A stretch of DNA of 25,679 nucleotides from Octopus sinensis (taxonomy: Eukaryota), in the NCBI RefSeq assembly GCF_006345805.1, contig NW_021836048.1, positions 1 to 25,679 of the forward strand, in the 5' to 3' direction. Each line of letters starts with the position of its first letter. Positions within the stretch are counted from its first letter, which is position 1. Below the pieces are notes generated by a model. That model had not been told where the DNA came from. It searched no databases and saw only the letters and a list, made by a program, of their open reading frames with translations. The position numbers and the translations under genes are program-made. Below, piece after piece: positions 22,246 through 25,679 of this stretch.

Positions 22246-22895
22246 TAACAATCCATCAGTAGACGAGAAGTTCAGGGGTCAAATCAAAGACTGATGGTTT
22301 CATTTTGGCGGCTCAAGATCAAAGCTTGCTTACAAAAACTACCAGGTTAACCTTCTTCAAAACGGTTCTGATCGTAAATGAGGATTATGTGACACATTTG
22401 ACGAAACAATACACCATCTCGTCTCGGGATATCCTGTGCTGACACCAGACGAATACAAAAAAAGAACCCACGATATGGTAGGACAGTATTTACATTGGAA
22501 AATATGTAAACACTACAAAATCTGCACTCCTGCTTACTGGTATAAACATCACTTTGGAGCAAGTTGTTGAAAGTAAAAATAGCATTATGCGCTTGGATTT
22601 TTCAGTCAACACTGACAGAACGATCCAGGCTAATCGACCAGACATAAATATTTAAGACAGGGAAGAAAACACTTGTAGACTAACAGATGTAAGTATTCCC
22701 ACTGATAAAAATATATCCGTAAAGGAATTTGTCAAATTAAGTAAATATAAGGACCTGGCAATAGATGCTGCGGGTGCCCTCGGTATGTTAAAAAAGAGAA
22801 GTCAGAAACATCAAGATAAGTTCCCAGGAAAACCATCTCTCAGAGAAATCCAAAAGATTGTCCTGTCAACTACTGCCCACCTCCTTAGAAAAAAA
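22246..22895 (+). mobile_element. R4/Dong-clade LINE 3' segment (zinc knuckle plus RLE), decayed
   Basis: GFILAAQDQSLLTK, ETIHHLVSG, HDMVGQYLHWKICKHYK, ANRPDI, DVSIP, KYKDL and LREIQKIVLSTTAHLLRK. Confidence 0.88.
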
Positions 22896-23062
22896 ACTAT
22901 CAATTTAAATGTCTGTGCTGTATTAAGAGAGAGAGAAGAAGAAGAAAAATAAAACAATGTATTCAATGTTAAAAATGGCTTTGTGTTAATATTTGTCAAT
23001 TTTTTTATGATAGGAGGAGAGGAAACAAGCGTATAGTAATTTTTTTTATTTGACAAAACTAA

Positions 23063-23185
23063 GCATAGGCGTAGGAGTGGCTGTGTGGAAAGTAGCATGC
23101 TCACCAACCACATGGTTCCGCGTTCGTTCCCTTTGCGTGGCACTTTGTGTAAGTGTCTTCTACTATAGCCTCGGGCCAACCAAAG
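23063..23185 (+). mobile_element. tRNA-derived SINE 5' part (a different octopus-type family)
   Basis: ggcgtaggagtggctgtgtgg...ggttccgcgttcgttccc...gtgtcttctactatagcctcggg; A/B-box-like head. Confidence 0.7.
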
Positions 23186-23468
23186 TCTTTTCTATTTCAG
23201 TTATCTTTTCTATTTCTGTTATTACATATTTTTCTCTTATAAAATTATATCATTGTCATTACTTTTTAGATAAATAAAATGACACATATAACTCATTATT
23301 GTCATATCATAAACAAGCACAAGTTCATGTACGATATTGATCTTTCCTCTACTTTTAATTATTAGATGGCTTTTCTCTTCTAAAAATACACACATACAGG
23401 GGGAGTAAATTATATATATATATATTAATACCTTCAATGCGGCTCCCGATAAACAGTAAAAGCAATTA

Positions 23469-23496
23469 CCTGATCAACTACGGGCTTTACTGCTAG
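23469..23496 (+). mobile_element. Degenerate Helitron 3' terminus
   Basis: cctgatcaactacgggctttactgCTAGt aligns ungapped with cccgagcaacgccgggcgatactgCTAGt (8900 element). Confidence 0.55.
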
Positions 23497-23639
23497 TATA
23501 TATACCTACACACACACCTACACACACACATACAAACACACACACACACACACATATATATATACATACATACATATATATATGATAGATCGCTAGCCAC
23601 TATACCTTTTTCTCTTTCCTCCCCTTGTTTATTTCTGTG

Positions 23640-23764
23640 CTCCTTTCCGACGAAGAGCGTATGCTCGAAACGTAAAAGACTTTCTCACGCCCCGAACGTT
23701 AAACTAATACATCTATTTGTTGTTTACACGACTGTCTCCGCCTTTTTTTGTAAATTCACACACT

Positions 23765-23765
<1 letters not shown>
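23640..23765 (+). repeat. Short interspersed repeat, partner of 5700-5830
   Basis: See 5700-5830. Confidence 0.6.
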
Positions 23766-23905
<140 letters not shown>

Positions 23906-24221
23906 AAAAACTCATACACTTGCACACGCAACTAGCGAAGTGATGGTCATCCGCGTGTTGTACTTGTCATCCACTATATATACACCATTGCGTTTTCTAC
24001 AACTTGAATTTTAGGTCTGTGTCAACACAGGAAATCAAAATGAAACGCTAATTATGTTTTATTCTTTAAATAGAAAGCCACATCTGTATGCTTAGATTTG
24101 TCAAAATTGTAGTTGATAATTGAATCAAATGCTGACTGGTTCAAGTCCAGCTTCTTTTGTATCTAGATTTTATTCTTCTTACTAACTATAAAATACGGTA
24201 ATATTCAAACTCTTTTTTTCT

Positions 24222-24760
24222 CTAGGAACAAGGCCCGCAATTTTGGGGGAGGGTCCAGTCGATTAGATCGACCTCAGTACGTAGCTTGTACTTAGTTTAT
24301 CGGTCCCAAAAGGATGAAAGGCAAAGTCGACCTCGGCGGAATTCAACTCAGAACGTAAAGGCAGACGAAATACCTATTTCTTTACTACCCACAAGGGGCT
24401 AAACACAGAAAGGACAAACAAGGACAGAGAAACGGACTAAGTCGATTATATCAACTCCAGTGAGTAACTGGTACTTATTTAATCGACCCCGAAAGGATGA
24501 ACGGTAAGGTCGACCTCGGCGGAATTTGAACTCAGAATGTAACGGCAGACTAAATACCTATTTCTTTACTACTCACAAGGGATAAACACAGAGGGGACAA
24601 ACAAGGACAGACAAACGGATTACATCGACCCCAGTGCGTAACTGGTACTTATTTAATCGACCCCGAAATGATGAAAGACAAAGTCAACCTCGGCGGAATT
24701 TGAACTCAGAACTTAGCGGCAGATGAAATATCGCTAGTTATTTCGCCCGGGGTGCTAACG
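24222..24760 (-). mobile_element. Tandem trimer of tRNA-derived SINE units (periods ~183 and ~175 bp)
   Basis: The core gacctcggcggaatt(t)gaactcagaa or a close variant occurs three times (near 24329, 24512, 24686). Two units carry the tail tatttctttactacYcacaaggg. Confidence 0.85.
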
Positions 24761-25183
24761 TTTGTTCTTTGTAAAATTGAAGCTCTAACATCGCTTTAGT
24801 TGTTTCCTTAACTATTTAATCCTTTGTGCTTCGATGGGAAATCAGAAACGTATCAAATGTTATTTCGTCAAAATAAGTAACGAAACAGGTTATACAAATA
24901 AATTGTCACGTTCGCCATGGGTGTTGATATTTTTTTTTTCTTAAGGTGGTTATTGTTTCAACTGCTTAGAAATTATAATAAGCATTGAAGGTAAAAGGAA
25001 ACCTTTTTGTTTTTATCCGCATTATAGCTTAGATCACGTGTATATTCCCAACATTTTGTTTATGTAAAATCTGTTTCTCCTCTCTCCCTCTTTCTCTCTC
25101 TGGATATATATTATTTACTGTCTCTATTTATATAGGAAATACACGTCTCCCCGCAAATATGCGCACATAGATATATATTATGT

Positions 25184-25284
25184 ATGCACAATATATTATG
25201 CGTGCACAATATATTATGCGTGCACAATATATATGCGTGCACAATATATTATGCATGCATAATATATTTTGCATGCGTAATATA
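25184..25284. repeat. Same 18-bp minisatellite in copy 2, 5 units (one of 17 nt) plus a partial
   Basis: Direct reading; one more unit than copy 1. Confidence 0.9.
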
Positions 25285-25309
25285 CACAACTACAACGTGA
25301 GTCAATGGG

Positions 25310-25317
25310 TATATAAA
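25310..25317 (+). promoter_or_regulatory. TATA box of copy 2
   Basis: TATATAAA in duplicated promoter context. Confidence 0.65.
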
Positions 25318-25419
25318 GAACGAGAGACACCGAGGTCGGGATTCACGAATTGGAAAAGAACCCGCAACATTGAGTCACTGTGAAATTTCTGATACAAGAA
25401 AAGACGTAAGGAAATCACC

Positions 25420-25493
25420 ATGAAAGGAAGTGGTTCACTCGTAACTATATGCCTTCTCGTTTTGATCACAGGTTTTCCACCAGATACAAGCCG
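25420..25493 (+). pseudogene. Exon 1 of the second (tandem) copy, with a +1 C frameshift
   Basis: Identical to 745-817 except GGTTTTCCACCAG versus GGTTTTCACCAG; same GTATGT donor at 25494. May be a sequencing indel. Confidence 0.75.
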
Positions 25494-25679
25494 GTATGTA
25501 TAAATATATACACTTGTACACGTACACTCACACACATTCACTCATATGGAAGCCTTCTATAATATACTTTCTTTTCTGCTCTAGGCACGAAGCCCGAAAT
25601 TTTCGGGGACGGGGTCAGTCGATTAGATCGACCCAATACGCAACTAGTACTTTTTTTTTTAATCTTAAGTCGTTTTCTT

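Larger units (their letters stand above)
24660..25679 (+). repeat. Segmental direct repeat, copy B
   Basis: See copy A; runs to the window end. Confidence 0.95.

Noticed and set aside
24222-24760. CRISPR-like or satellite array
   Set aside because: Units are ~180-bp SINE copies with no unique spacers, in a eukaryotic context.

Overview
AT-rich, microsatellite-dense animal genomic DNA. The SINE, LINE and Helitron sequences look like those of octopus (recognised from memory, not searched). One host gene can be reconstructed on the + strand from three exons (745-817, 6068-6147, 8239-8338). It encodes a signal peptide (MKGSGSLVTICLLVLITGFHQIQA) plus a ~60-aa mature peptide with 8 Cys. As assembled, exon 2 has a frameshift that restoring 2 nt would repair. 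Bases 1-1003 recur near-identically at 24660-25679, including the promoter and a frameshifted exon 1, so the window looks like one ~24.66-kb unit of a tandem gene duplication (an assembly overlap is not excluded). The rest is mostly decayed mobile DNA: a ~5-kb Tx1/L1-clade LINE, an internally deleted Tx1 derivative, R4/Dong-clade RLE LINE fragments, a Tc1 with DD36E spacing, a mariner, Helitrons, a TIR MITE, Penelope-like remnants and tRNA-derived SINEs. No prokaryotic features, CRISPR arrays, rRNA or true tRNA genes are supported.
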